Below, piece after piece: positions 1 to 13,620 of a stretch of DNA of 64,000 nucleotides. The notes under the pieces were generated by a model. That model had not been told where the DNA came from. It made no database searches and saw only the letters and a list, made by a program, of their open reading frames with translations. The stretch spans positions 83,638,001-83,702,000 of the forward strand of contig NC_043001.1 of assembly GCF_006345805.1 (NCBI RefSeq), given 5' to 3'. The stretch comes from Octopus sinensis (lineage: Eukaryota). Both the position numbers and the translations under genes were made by a program. The first letter of the stretch is position 1, and the number at the start of each line of letters is the position of its first letter.

Positions 1-1001
1 AAGAGCTAAAGTCTTAATTTTATCCACCGTACCACACCAAGATAACAGAGAAAAACACAGTATGCGAGGAAATCAGAAAAGGATTAAAACATTTAACAGC
101 ACAAATAAAAATATTATGCAATCAAGGACATCTATATATATATATATTAGTGTTTGTGGTTGAATAAGACGTAAAAACATTCTTAGTATAGTGTTATATC
201 GCGGATTTTTCTGGCTAATATATGTAAATTTATATCACAGACTCCTCAGAATATCATGCGTTTCTGCAGCTGATAAGTATTTATATTTTTTTAGATTTAA
301 ATTATTTCTGTGGGAGGTTTTGGAATGAACATCTGCGATAGTCGAAGGATTACTGTGTATATATAGATATATAAATACAGTAAGCTTCTTTCACTTTCTG
401 CCTAAATCCAGTTGCAAGTCTAGTACCAAAGTCAAAGACACTTCCTCACAGTGCAGCACAGTGAGACTGAACTCAGAACCATGTGCTTGGGAAGCAAACT
501 TCTTACCATGCAGCCATACCTGCACCTCTGTCATGTAGTTGACAAATGAGTAGAGAATGTTTAGGGTTCTGACAGCCTTCATATTTAACCTTTCTAGAGA
601 TGGTGCTAAGAGCAAAACAACACCCACTAACTACGCTCTTTAAATGGTTGTCAATAGGAAAGACATCAAGCCATAAAACTCAGGCCAAGTGACATGCACA
701 AGCACCAGTCTATGGGAGCAGATGACTGGAACTGCAACAACCTGTTCAAAACAGGCTAGCGTAAATAGGAGATATAAAATGATTTGGTGTTAGGAAGAGC
801 ATCTAGCTGTAGAAACCATACCAAAAGCAGACATTGGAGCTTGTTGGAGCCCTGCGGCTTGCCAGTTACCACCAAACTGTCCAACTCATGCCAGCATGGA
901 AAAGTGGAAAATGAATGTTAAATGATTATAATGACGTAATGTATACAAACTCACACATATATACACACATAAATTTATATATACTCATATGTGTATATCA
1001 T

Positions 1002-1032
<31 letters not shown>

Positions 1033-1456
1033 AACGATTAATGTCTGTTGCCCATGCTGGCATGGGTTAGATGGTTTAACCAGGGCTGACAAGCTGATGT
1101 TCTGCACCAGACTCCAGTCTGATTTGACATGGTCTCTATGGCTGGAGGCACATCCTAACACCAACCACTTTACAGAGTACACTAGGTGTTTTTATGTGCC
1201 ACCAGCACAGGAGCCAGTTACGTGACACCAGTATCTGCCATGACTACAATATATATATATATATATATATAAATTAGAAAAAAAAACACCTTTTATCAAT
1301 ACAAAATGAACAATTAAATTACACCATCTAGGAAATTACTTATAATAGAAATATTAAATATAAAATAACAATAATATACCGATGATTAAGTAATGTGCAA
1401 AATAATAAATAAAACGTTATATATTTGGTAGAATAACATTTTCTACCTTGACTTTT

Positions 1457-1487
<31 letters not shown>

Positions 1488-1604
1488 ATATACATACAAA
1501 CACACACACACACATATATACATATACATACAAACGTACATAATTTATATATCAACTCACGTGTTCATTTTCAACTTACTACACACACACACACACACAC
1601 ACAC

Positions 1605-3701
1605 ATGGTAGTGTCGGCTATAGCCTAATCACCCGTATAGTTAATCAGGTGATACACAAAGGAGTCATACCCAATGACTGGTGTAGCAGCATAATAGTCA
1701 ACTGCTACAAAGGTAAAGGTGACGCCCTAGATACAAATAACTACAGAGGTATCAAGCTGTTGGATCAGGTGATGAAGGTTACGGAGAGGGTCATAGCCCA
1801 ACTAATTAGAGAGAGAGTTAGTTTAGATGAGATGCAGTTTGGGTTTGTGCCAGGGAAAAGTACCACTGATGCTATATTCCTGGTAAGGCAGCTGCAGGAG
1901 AATACCTAGCCAAAGATAAGCCCCTGTACCTGGCTTTTGTTGACATGGAGAAAGCCTTCGACAGGGTCCCCCGATCACTTATCTGGTGGTCAATGAGGAA
2001 ACTAGGGATAGATGAATGGTTAGTGAGAGCTGTGCGGGCCATGTATAGGGACGCTGCTAGTAAGGTGAGGGTTGGCAACGACAACAGTGAAGATTCCGGT
2101 AGAGGTAGGGGTCCACCAAGGCTCAGTCCTCAGCCCCTCCTATTATCATAGTCCTCCAGGCAATAACGGAGGATTCAAGACAGGATGCCCTTGGGAGCTC
2201 CTCTATGCTGATGACTTGCTCTAATTGCTGAGTCGCTATCAGAACTGGAGGAGAAGTTTCAGGTGTGGAAACAAGGATTAGAATTGAAGGGCCTTAGAGT
2301 CAATCTAGCTAAAACCAAAGTCGTAATCAGTAGGAAGGTAGACAAATCACAAACGCCTTCAGGTAGATGGCCCTGCTCGATCTGTAGAAAAGGTGTAGGT
2401 AGAAATTCTAGAAGATGTACCAAGTGTAAGCTATGGACACATAAGAGGTGCAGCAATGTCAAAGGAAGGCTAACTAGGAAGATGGTTTTTGTATGTGGCA
2501 GATGCTCAGGAACAATAAACACTGAACATGCTCTGAGACCAACTTCCGTCACTTTCCAGGGAGAAAAACTAGAAATAGTTGATAGTTTCCGTTACCTAGG
2601 TGACCAAGTCAGCAGCGGGGGCAGGTGTGCTGAAAGTGTAACTGCTAGAGTAAGAATAGCTTGGGCAAAGTTCAGAGAGCTCTTACCTCTGCTGGTGACA
2701 AAAGGCCTCTCGCACAGAGTAAAAGGCAGACTGTATGATGCGTATGTACGAACAGCCATGCTACATGGCAGTGAAACATGGGCCGTGACTGCTGAGGATA
2801 TGCGTAAGCTCGCAAGAAATGAAGCCAGTATGCCCCGATGGATGTGTAATGTCAGTACTCATACTCGGCAGAGTGTAAGTACCTTGAGAGAAAAGCTGGA
2901 CCTAAGAAGCATCAGTTGTGGTGTGCAAGAGAGACGTTTGCGCTGGTATGGTCATGTGGCGAGAATGGATGAAGATAGTTGTGTGAAAAAGTCCCACACC
3001 CTAGCGGTTGAGGGAACCTGCGGAAGAGGCAGACCCAGGAAAACCTGGGACGAGGTGGTGAAGCACGACCTTCGAACTTTAGGTCTCACTGAGGAAATGA
3101 CTAGAGACCGAGACCTCTGGAAGTGTGCTGTGCGCGAGAAGACCCGGCAGGACAAGTGAGTCCATAACCCGTGGCCTTCTACATGGGATGGAGCCAGCCT
3201 ACGTATGCATACCTTCCCTTCTTGGGACACAAAGCTCTACTTGTGAAGACCTGTTGAGGCAAGTGAGGATCAGAATCGAAATCAATCAATGGAAATTGCA
3301 GATGTGTTACCAGTGCCGGTGGCATGTAAGAGAACCATCCGTTTGCGACCGTTGCCAGCGCCGCCCTGACTGGCCTCGTGCCGGTGGCACGTAAAAAGCA
3401 CCATCCATTCGTGTCCGTTGCCAGCCTCGCCTGGCCCCCGTGCTGGTGGCACATAAAAAGCACCATCCGTTCGTGGCCATTTGCCAGCTCTGTCTGGCAC
3501 CTGTGCGGGTGGCACGTAAAAAGCACCCACTACACTCACGGAGTGGTTGGCATTAGGAAGGGCATCCAGCCGTAGAAACACTGCCAGATCTGACTGGGCC
3601 TGATGAAGCCTTCTGGCTTCACAGACCCCAGTTGAACCGTCCAACCCATGCTAGCATGGAAAACGGATGCTAAACGATGATGATGATGATGATGATGATG
3701 A
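1605..3701 (+). mobile_element. 5'-truncated RTE-clade LINE (frameshifted RT, 3'UTR, (GAT)n tail)
   Basis: Consecutive ORF pieces give RT motifs: KGKGDALDTNNYRGIKLL, QFGFVPGKSTTDAIF, DMEKAFDRV, GVHQGSVLSPLLF (~2109), YADD (2204-2215), FRYLG, LHGSETW, RRLRWYGHV and GRGRPRKTW. Stop at 3159. The 3'UTR has tandem hairpin units and a (GAT)n tail. Inserted in a (CA)n tract. Confidence 0.95.
1649..3159 (+). pseudogene. RTE ORF2 reverse transcriptase remnant with C4HC3 finger; several frameshifts
   Basis: ORFs 1649-1909, 1945-2151 and 2263-3159 are successive parts of one RT in different frames. Confidence 0.9.
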
Positions 3702-3761
3702 CACAAACATACACACATGCGTTTATAAACTATACATAAGTAATAAGTATATATATATCTA

Positions 3762-4070
3762 TATGGAAAAAAAAGTCAAGGTAGAAAATGCAAATATAAT
3801 TTTATAAAAAACATTTCAATACTGGTTTCAGTTATTGAGACTTTTTCAATGACCTTGAACCCACAAGAGTAAACAAGAGAGACAGAGACAGGCAGAAACA
3901 AGGAAAATGCCCTTTGTATTCGAATACTATGCAAATATTCTTTTAATTCTTCCAAAATTTAATTGTTTTCCATACTTACAGTTGAAAAAGTCTCAATGAC
4001 TGAAATCAGCACTAAAATGGTTTTTATAAAATTATTTCAGTATTTTCTACCTTGACTTTTTTCCATATAT
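3762..4070. repeat. Inverted pair of Penelope-tail-like segments; a related copy lies at ~1425-1580
   Basis: 3762-3850 is the approximate reverse complement of 3981-4070. It contains the degenerate HHR-like string TTGAAAA-AGTC-tcaat-GACT-GAAA. Confidence 0.5.
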
Positions 4071-4584
4071 ATCAACTCATGTGTTCCTTTCCAACCTTCT
4101 ACATATATATATATATATATACACATATATACATACAAACACACACACACACACATATATATACATATACATACAAACACATATTTATATAGATACAAAC
4201 ATATAGTTCAAATTTACATAAAACAAGACATACATACAAACATATATACATACTTACAAACACATGCACACACACACACATATATATTATTTCACACACA
4301 CACAAACATACACATAGGTATTAGATGACTTATACTGATAAAATTAATTATTCGTTTGCAGAGATTCAAAGCATCTGTCATTGGACACACTATCAAAGAT
4401 AGAAGCTGAGGAACAATAACAGTCATAAAGGGGGCCTCTAGGTCAGAGGTTTCAAAACTACAGTAAATTTACTCCCCTTTTTCCTGGAGTGCAAGGGATG
4501 ATATCAATCTAGGGAGTAAATTTGATGATTTACAATTTCTAAAGTTCGTCCCAATTGTAATTAAAAAAAAAAATCAAAACATGA

Positions 4585-4939
4585 GCATGATTTCAATTGC
4601 CAGATCCCTGGTCTGGTGGTACGTAAAAAGCACTATCCGACTCGTGGCTGATGCCAGCGCCGCCTCGACTGGCTTCCGTGCCGGTGGCACGTAAAATACA
4701 CCAATCCGACCGTAGCCGTTTCCAGCCTCACCTGGCACCTGTGCAGGTGGCACGTAAAAAGCACCCACTACACTCATGGAGTGGTTGGCGTTAGGAAGGG
4801 CATCCAGCTGTAGAAACATTGCCAGATAAGACTGGAGCCTGGTGCAGCCTTCTGGCTTCCCAGATCCCCGGTCGAACCATCCAACCCATGCTAGCATGGA
4901 GAACGGACGTTAAATGATGATGATGATGATGATGATGAT
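4585..4939 (+). mobile_element. RTE 3'-UTR fragment or RTE-tail SINE with (GAT)n tail
   Basis: Matches 3290-3700 (GTGCCGGTGGCACGTAAAAAGCACC units, GGAAGGGCATCCAGC, GAT tail). Further copies at ~7770-8200 (+), 780-930 (+), 998-1240 (-) and 16060-16240 (-). Confidence 0.85.
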
Positions 4940-6707
4940 TTACCTTCCTGCCATACAAAACTAATCAAATTTTATCAGTAAACAACTAAATGTATAATAT
5001 AAACTTTTAATGAGTTGCAAATAATATTGATTTCAAATTCTGACACAAGGCCAGCAAATTTGAGGAGGGGTTAAGTTGTTTTCATTGACCCCCCCCCCAC
5101 AAAGGATGAACTTGAACTCAGAATGTGTAGATGGACAAAATACCACTAAGTATCTTGCCCAGCATGCTAACGAGTCTGTCAGCTTGCTGCCTTACAAATG
5201 AATAATATTAACATTTGCATATGTTTGATTAGGTTTAATTAGATGAGAAAAATTTAAAAAATAGGAAAATAAAAATTAAAATAAGAAATAAGTGGAAATT
5301 TTACCAGTGAGTGTGTTACATTATAAGGCACAAAAAGAAAATGACTCTCCCTAGGCACAACAGAATATGCTTCAACACACGAACTCATATGAAGAATCTT
5401 GCAAACCAAATCCAAAAACAAAACGAGATGAGAAAAATATATATAATTATTTCAATATATATGTAAGTATCAAGGTAAGATATATGGACTTTCTGGTTTA
5501 ATTAAATAAGGTGTATAAAAAAAAAAACAATTTCAATATTTATGCTACATGTTAAGTTATAGGAATTTTAATCCATAATTTCTATAGTCTCCAGCTTGCA
5601 TATCTACCACAAAGATATATATATAATGTAATAACAGTGCCTGCAAGACTGCTTTAAGATACACGGCATATTTTAAAAATGTGACTGTTCAAGTATCATA
5701 ATAGCATGAAACTATTAGTAGCCCTTTCTGTTGTGCATTTAATTTGATACATGCATGTATGTGCATTTGTATATTGTAGGTGCTTGGCATTGAGAAATTT
5801 TGGCAAAGGTTCACAAAATTGTTTTCTTTGTCTCCAAAATACCAATTTGACCATGGCACAGTTGCCCTAAAACTATTTTTTTCCTATTCCTGATCCCTCT
5901 ACCAGATGGATCAGAGTTAACTAGGGATCAGTAGAATACAAACAAAGACACACATACCCACAGGCACATACACTGTATGTATGTATGTGTGTATGTATGT
6001 ATGTGTGTGTGTATTACTGTTGCTTTCGATGAAAGACCTGCTGGATCAGAGCCGACCTGGGGTTAAACAACAACAACAACCAGCAACAGATTTATCTTAG
6101 CCAAAAAAGGAATCATCAACGTGGTCCCTCAATCGGTTGGAAATAGCAGCCAAATCATTAATGAAATGCCTTCGATACAAAGACCTGATGGACACTGCTG
6201 GAAAGCTTCTAAAAGACGAAGTGGTCACGTTTGGAACTCCACAAAAAAAAAGAAAAATTTAAAAAACGGGTAATTTCGCGAGAGACCACGAATGTGTAAA
6301 AATCAGACGAGTTATTTTCAATTTGGAAAATATTTCAGAACTTAAAATTCTGTTAACACCTACAATGTGACAGAGTGCGCACGTGTGCGTGTGTCTGTGT
6401 GTACACGCGCACGCGGATTGGCATTCCTAACGAATAGAGTCGGAAATTAACTAACGAGTCAAAAGCCGCAATTTTTTCGGATATGTATATTTTAAGCATC
6501 ATAGATTATGAATCTGGAAACTAATTCATTTTAAATGAAGTATATGTATGTGGTGGTGGTGTTGGGGGTGTTGGGGATACCTCAGCCTTCGCTTCTTTCA
6601 CGTAATTTTTCCGTTTTGAATTCTCGAGAATAAAAAAAAAAATTTTTTATAGATTTACATTAGGCATATATTTGAAGATTCATACTCTGATGTTTAAAGC
6701 ATAAATC

Positions 6708-6923
6708 GGTGCTACTTAAGAAGAGCGGTCCCGGTGCGCGCACTCGCGCAAGCTGGTCGATCCTTACTTTGTGTTTTTGTGTTTTATTTACTTTGATTTA
6801 AAAAATTATTTATTTTGTCTTTTATTTACTTTGCTAGGTAGTCGTTGTAGGATCGACTAGTCACGACTAGCTAGCGCGGATGCGCGAGTGCGCGCACCGG
6901 GACCACTCTTCTTAAGTAGTACC
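6708..6923. mobile_element. Merlin-like MITE
   Basis: ~43-bp TIRs (GGTGCTACTTAAGAAGAGCGGTCCCGGTGCGCGCACTCGCGCA) with GG...CC termini. Exact 8-bp TSD CATAAATC at 6700-6707 and 6924-6931. Confidence 0.8.
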
Positions 6924-7769
6924 CATAAATCTGTAAAACAATTTTGAAGAGTAAGTGAAAATTGAAAAATTAAAGAAAAGCAGAGATAGATCATCTACGA
7001 TGATTAAGATAGACACAACAAAAGAAATTACAGTTTTTCGCACGCTCTAATCAATAGGAACAGTGCGCGCGCGCGTGTGTGTGTGTGTGTGTGTGAGTGC
7101 GCACCGTGAGAGAAAGCGAAGGACAGGGGGGGGGGAAGCGGAGGAAGTTACAGTTGAGAACACTGATAAGCAAAACTGCGGCCAGCAAGATTTTCTGACT
7201 GGTAAGTCTAACGAAAATTTACCTTGAATTTTTTTAGTAGTGCGGACCGCCCGATGATGAACCAAGTCTCATGCGATTGATTGTTCACGCCTGGTTTAGA
7301 ACGAAGTTGAAAATGTTTTGCCAACAAACACAATGTCAAATCCGTTAAATACTGAAAGTGAAGGACTCCAGAGATATCCAGTCACACGCACAACACAAAC
7401 ACACATAAGCACACGCACGCACACACACCAGTTAGTCAGCACCACAGAAGGTAACTCTGTATACCTAAGTTATACCGTGTCGACGGTTCTATACAGGAAA
7501 ATCATTGTGTCCCAAGATTAGACGTCGTAAACAAAATGAAATAATAAATTTTACGGTAATCCTTCGGTATTGGTACACAGCATCATTCACCCGCACAACC
7601 TTTCCTGATTACATAAACAGGCTAGTCGGAAAATTGGGGGAATGACGCCGTCTCCTCATACCGACACTCTGCAGGCCAATACCGAAAGACCGCCAATTTT
7701 TGTGGATCAAAATAACTTTTCCTCCCTCCATTTCCCCCTTAGTATATCTAGTAATTTTATTAATAGTAG

Positions 7770-8200
7770 CCGATGCCAGTGCCGCCTGAATGGCTCGCGT
7801 GCTGGTGGCACGCAATAAGCACCATTCATGCGTGGGTCGTTGCCAGTGCCGCCTGACTGGCTCCCTGTGCGGGTGACACGTAAAAAGCACCATCCGAATG
7901 TGGTCGATGCCAGTGCCCCACCCCCAAACCCGACTGGCTCCCATGTCGGTAGCACATAAAAAGCACCATCCGAACGTGGCTCATACTAGTGCTATCAGAC
8001 TGGCCCCTGTGCCGGTGGCACGTAAAAAGCACCCACTACACTCTCGGAGTGGTTGGCATCAAAAAAAGTCATCCAGCTGTAGAAACATTGCCAGATTGGA
8101 GCTGGAGCCTGGTGCAGCCTCCTGGCTTGTCAGTCCCAAGTAAAACAGTCCAACCCATGCTAGCATGGAAATCGGACATTAAACGATGATGATGATGATG
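7770..8200 (+). mobile_element. RTE 3'-UTR fragment or RTE-tail SINE
   Basis: Four hairpin units, the conserved 3' end and a (GAT)n tail. Confidence 0.85.
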
Positions 8201-8392
8201 AATGACAGTATGATGGCTATTAAGAAGCTTACTTCACAACTAGATGGTTTTGAATCCACTCCTATGACATTTTGGGTCAAAAGTCTTTAACCATAGCCCT
8301 GAGTTGACCAAATTCCTTGTGAGCGAATATCGTAGACGGAGCCTGTTTGGAAGCCTAGCCATCTAAGAAGTCAATGGAGTGGGTATATTAAT

Positions 8393-8670
8393 CGAAGTGT
8401 ACAGTATTATATACTTATTATGGCCAATGCTACCAATTGGCCTTGCACTAGAGCTTCAATAGAGTGTTAGATAAAAACCTGATTATGTAACCCTGTGCTC
8501 TTCTGAGACTGCAGTTATGGAATATGATATTTCATTCCATAACTGCCATATCTGAAGAGTGCAGGTTTACATATTTGGGCTGTTATCTAACACTCTGTTG
8601 AACCCCTAGTGCAAAATCAAAATCAATTGGTAAGATTGGCCATAATGAATGTATAATAGTGTACACTCCA
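8393..8670. mobile_element. Old MITE with long imperfect TIRs
   Basis: TTATGGCCAAT..CCAATTG..TGCACTAG..TTCAATAGAGTGTTAGATAA is mirrored at 8583-8670. Confidence 0.6.
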
Positions 8671-8904
8671 ATTAATATATATATATAAATGGAAGACGGA
8701 CGTTAAACGATGATGATGATATGTGTGTGTGTGTGTGTGTGTGGTCAGATGAGGTCAGTTTTGGTACGGTTCTTACAGCTGGATATCCTTCTGAACACAA
8801 ACCACTTTACAGTGTGGACTGGGTGCTTTTAAGTGGCACCTGCACTGACAGGGTCACCAAGTACTTGGAAGACAAAAAAAAAGAAAATGGTGTGCATGTG
8901 GCAG

Positions 8905-9240
8905 GAGTGGCCGTGTTATATGTAGCTTGCTTACCAACCACATGGTTCTGGGTTCTGTCCCACTGCATGGCAACTTGAGCGTCTTCTATAGCCTCGGGTT
9001 GACCAAAGCCTTGTGAGCAGATTTGGTAACCAGAAACTGAAAGAAGCCCATTGTCCACCCACCATCACTTAACAATTGATGTTGGTCTGTTTACATCCCT
9101 GAAACTTAGTGGTTCAGCAAAAAAAAGACCAATAGAATAAGTACTAGGCTTACAAAGAATAAGTTCTGGGGTTGATTTACTTGACTAAAGGTGATGCTCC
9201 AGCATGGCCACAGTCAAATGACTGAAACTAATAAAAGAAT
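8905..9240 (+). mobile_element. tRNA-derived SINE family A (diverged copy)
   Basis: Similar to 34666-35121. Another copy at 9570-9965. Confidence 0.75.
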
Positions 9241-9698
9241 GTGTTTGTGTTTGTCCCCATACCACTTAACAACTAGTGTTGGTTTGTTTACATCCACTAA
9301 CATAACGACTGGTCAAAAATAAACAATACAGTGAGCACCAACATAGTCACAGTCTAATAACTGAAACACACAGAAAAAAAAATCAATATCGATTGATATT
9401 TTCCATGCAGGAATAAGTACACTGGTACTTTGCATGGTGAGACTGGAGGGCTAAGTGTACTATTGGTCTTTGCTTTGTATTTGTGTCTTTCTTTTTTGCT
9501 CATAGATATTGGTTTTTCTTGTTCCTTTTTTCTTATATTTTCTTAATTGATACTTTACACTAGTCCAGTCTCATGGTTCCAGGTTCATTCCACTGCATGG
9601 CACCTTGGGCAAGTGTCTTCTACTATAGCCTTGGGCCGACTAAAGCCTTGTGAGTGGATTTGGTAGACAGAAACTGAAAGAAGCCCATTGTATATATG

Positions 9699-9739
<41 letters not shown>

Positions 9740-11219
9740 TTGTGTTTGTCCCCCAACATTGCTTGACAACCAATGCTGGTGTGTTTATATCCCTGTAACT
9801 AAGCAGTTTGGCAAAAGAGACCGATAGAATAAGTACTAGGCTTACAAAGAATAAGTCCTGGAGTTGATTTGCTCGACTAAAGACTGAGACAAGTAAAAGA
9901 GAGAGAGTTGATTTGTTCAACTAAACCCTCAAAATTGTGCCCCAGCATGACTGAAACAAGTAAAAAGACAAAATATATCGACATAGAAAAAGGAGATGAT
10001 CAATTATTGTCCTAGCCTGACCATGACAACTTTGATATAGAAATAGTTACAAGTGGATACATATTCATTTTCACTATAACCACTGGGCCCATACTTTATT
10101 GTCTCTGATATGACGCTAATAGTGACTAAAATTTTATTTATACGTACTGGCAAGGCTACTTTATAAATGAAAAAAAAAATAGGTAGCGCAGAGGTGATGC
10201 ATATTCTACGCGCATACAAAGATAAAATAAAATTTAATGTAATAAATATATTCTCAGATGAATTCATATTTCAACAAAATGACATCAAGGGTTATTTCCC
10301 CTGCTTATCATTTATGCATATGTAAGAAAGAAAAAAAAAACATTTTGATTCACCTGTCTGCCAGTTTTGAAGATAATCAAACCAAAATTTAATTAGTTTG
10401 AGCTACTCACCCAATGAGTATTTCTGCCAAATTTGCTGAAAATCTGTTCAGCTATTTTCCAGTAATTTTGCAAACACACAGACAAAGAAGACAAAGATGA
10501 ACAATTACAATAACCCTGCTTCGCTTATGTGCACAGGGTTAATTAGCTTTTCATGAACTTTTGCTCCTTAGTTTTCAATGAGCTATAAGCAAAGCAAAAC
10601 ATATTTTATTGGACTAATGATTATGTATTAAATATTTGTTAATAATTTCTCCTTTTCATCTCTAGAGACCACAATGGTTTCAATATCTTCTGAGTGTATC
10701 AATTCCCTTCACTGGTGTGAGCAGTTTAATATTACCAAAGAATGTCAATGTAATTTTGGCCCATACACATCTTTCATTTTTTTCAGTCCTTAGACTGTGG
10801 CCATACTGGAGCACCACCTTGAAGAATTTCAGTTGAATGAATTGACCCCAATACTTCTTTATTTTTTTTTTTTCAGCCTGGTACTAATTCTATCAGTCTC
10901 TTTTGCCAAATTGTTAAGTTACAGTGACATAAACACACTAACACCAGTTGTCAGGCAGTGGCAGGGGACAAACACAAAGACATGCACACACACACATATA
11001 TACATGACAAGCTTCTTTCAGTTTCCATCTACAAAATTCACTCACAAGGCTTTGGTTGGCCTGAGGAGTCTATAGAAGACATCTGCCCAAGGTGCCACAC
11101 AGTGGAATTGAACCTGTAACCATGTGGCTGGAAGTAAACTCCTTTCCACACAATCATGATATATACTTCTTCCCTCCTACATCCATGAAAGTGCTAAAAC
11201 AGGGTACAGTTGAACAATT

Positions 11220-11598
11220 ACTCTTTTGCTTGTTTCAGTCATTTGACTGTGGCCATGCTGGAGCACCGCCTTTAGTTGAGCGAATCGACCCCAGGACTTA
11301 TTCTATCGGTCTCATTTGCTGAACTGCTAGGTTACAGGGACGTAAACACACCAGCATCAGTTGTCAAGCGATGTTGGAAGACAAACACAGACACACAAAC
11401 ATATACACACATGTACATATATATACATATATACGACAGGCTTCTTTCAGTTTCCATCTACCAAATCCACTCACAAGGCTTTGGTCGACCTGAGGCTATA
11501 GCAGAAGACACTTGCCCAAGGTTCCACACAGTGGGACTGAACCCGGAACCATGCACTTGGTAAGCAAGCTACTTACTACACAGCCACTCCTGCACCTA
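11220..11598 (-). mobile_element. tRNA-derived SINE family A
   Basis: Reverse complement of the family A consensus. An adjacent copy lies at 10780-11150. Confidence 0.85.
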
Positions 11599-11675
11599 TA
11601 ATTTAATTTTTTTAATCTTTTACTTGTATCATTGGACTGCAGTCAGGCTGGGGTGCCACCCTGAATGGCTTAGTT

Positions 11676-11927
11676 CAGTGGTTCCCAAACTTTTTCAGAC
11701 TGCTGCCCCCCTTGATACCTAGTGCCCCCACCTTCAACTAACCATCACAAACATAGACCTCTTTCTGAAGCAAATTCAAAGCAACTGTATATGACAAATA
11801 AAACTTAACCTAATGAATTCATTATTTTGTTGTTTTTACATGAATCACTACCCCATTATCACCCCATGCCCCCTGGGAACTTTCTCCCGCCTCAGGTAGG
11901 CAATACCACCCACTTTAGGAACCACTG
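11676..11927. mobile_element. hAT (Charlie-like) MITE inserted in a SINE A relic
   Basis: TIRs CAGTGGTTCCCAAA / TTTAGGAACCACTG. 8-bp TSD GCTTAGTT/GCTCAGTT. Confidence 0.8.
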
Positions 11928-12559
11928 GCTCAGTTGAACAAATCAATGCCAGTACTTATTTCTTTAAAAGCCTAGTACTTTTGCTGAACCATTAAGCTAC
12001 AGGAACGTAAACAAACCAACACCACTTCTCAAATTGTGATTAGGACAAATACAAACACACACATACAATGGGTTTCCACACAGTTTCAGTCAAATTTCCT
12101 CACAAGGCATTTGTTTACCCTCGGCTATAATAGAAGGTATTTGTTCAAGGTGCCATGCACTGAAACTAAACTTGGGGTTGATGTAATTGACTTACCCCTA
12201 CCCCAAAATTGCTGGCTTTGTGCCAAAATTTGAAGTCAATATTTGTAGTTAAAATGGTTTAGATATTAGTACAGGCATGGCTGTATGGTAATAAGCTTGC
12301 TTCTCAACCACATGGTTCTGGGTTCTGCCCCACAGCACCTTGAGCAAGTGTCTTCTACTATAGCCTTGGGCCAGCCAAAGACTTGTGAGTGGATTTGGTA
12401 GACAGAAACTGAAAGAAGCCCATCATATATACATATATATATATACAGTGGTTGGACAAAATAATGGAAACACCTAGCATGATAGCATCACAATTTTGAA
12501 ATATCCATAAAACTGTCAAAAGCTTGTTTATTTTTATGTCTTTTTAATTTATTATTATC

Positions 12560-13620
12560 ACACATCCATCAGAGCATACTGGCTTCATTTCTTGCGAGCT
12601 TACGCATATTCTCAGCAGTCACGAAACATGGGCTGTGACTGCTGAGGATATGCGTAAGCTCGCAAGAAATGAAGCCAGTATGCTCCAATGGATGTGTAAT
12701 GTCAGTATTCATACTCGACAGAGTGTAAGTACCTTGAGAGAAAAGCTGGACCTAAGAAGCATAAGATGTGGTGTGCAAGAGAGACGTTTGCGATGGTATG
12801 GACATGTGACGAGAATGGATGAAGATAGTTGTGTGAAAAAGTGCCACACCCTAGCGGTTGAGGGAACCTGTGGAAGAGGCAGACCCAGGAAAACCTGGGA
12901 CGAGGTGGTGAAGCACGACCTTCGAACTTTAGGTCTCACTGAGGAAATGACTAGAGACCGAGACCTCTGGAAGTGTGCTGTGCGTGAGAAGACCCGGCGG
13001 GACAAGTGAGACCATAACCAGTGGCCTTCTACATGGGATGTAGCCAGCCCACTTGTGCATACCTTCCCTTCTTGGGACACAAAACTCTACTTGTGAAGAC
13101 CTGTTGAGGCAAGTGAGAATCAGAATCAAATCAGAATCGAAATCGATCAATGGAAATTGCAGCTGAGTTGCCAGTGCCGGTGGCACGTAAGAGAACCATC
13201 TGAACGTGGCCGTTGCCAGCACCGCCCTGACTGGCCTCATGCCAGTGGCACGTAAAAAGCACCATCCATTTGTGGCCGTTGCCAGCGCCGCCCCGACTGG
13301 CCTTGTGCTGGTGGCATGTAAAAAGCACCAACCGTTTGTGGCCATTGCCAGCCTCGCCTGGCCCCCGTGCCAGTGGCACATAAAAAGCACCATCCGATCG
13401 TGGCTGTTTGCCAGACTTGTCTGGCACCTATGCCGGTGGCACGTAAAAAGCACCCACTACACTCATGGAGTGGTTGGCGTTAGGAAGGGCGTCCAGCCGT
13501 AGAAACATTGCCAGATCAAACTGGGCCTGGTGCAGCCTTCTGGCTTCCCAGACCCCAGTTGAACCGTCCAACCCATGTTAGCATGGAAAGTGGACGCTAA
13601 ACGATGATGATGATGATGAT
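12560..13620 (+). mobile_element. 5'-truncated RTE LINE with 5' inverted duplication
   Basis: ORF 12635-13009 is nearly identical to the C-terminus of 2263-3159. 12560-12621 is the reverse complement of ~12635-12696. (GAT)n tail. Confidence 0.92.

Noticed and set aside
3305-3535. CRISPR-like repeat-spacer array
   Set aside because: The intervening sequences are similar to each other, the array is part of a LINE 3'UTR with many copies, the context is eukaryotic, and there are no cas genes.
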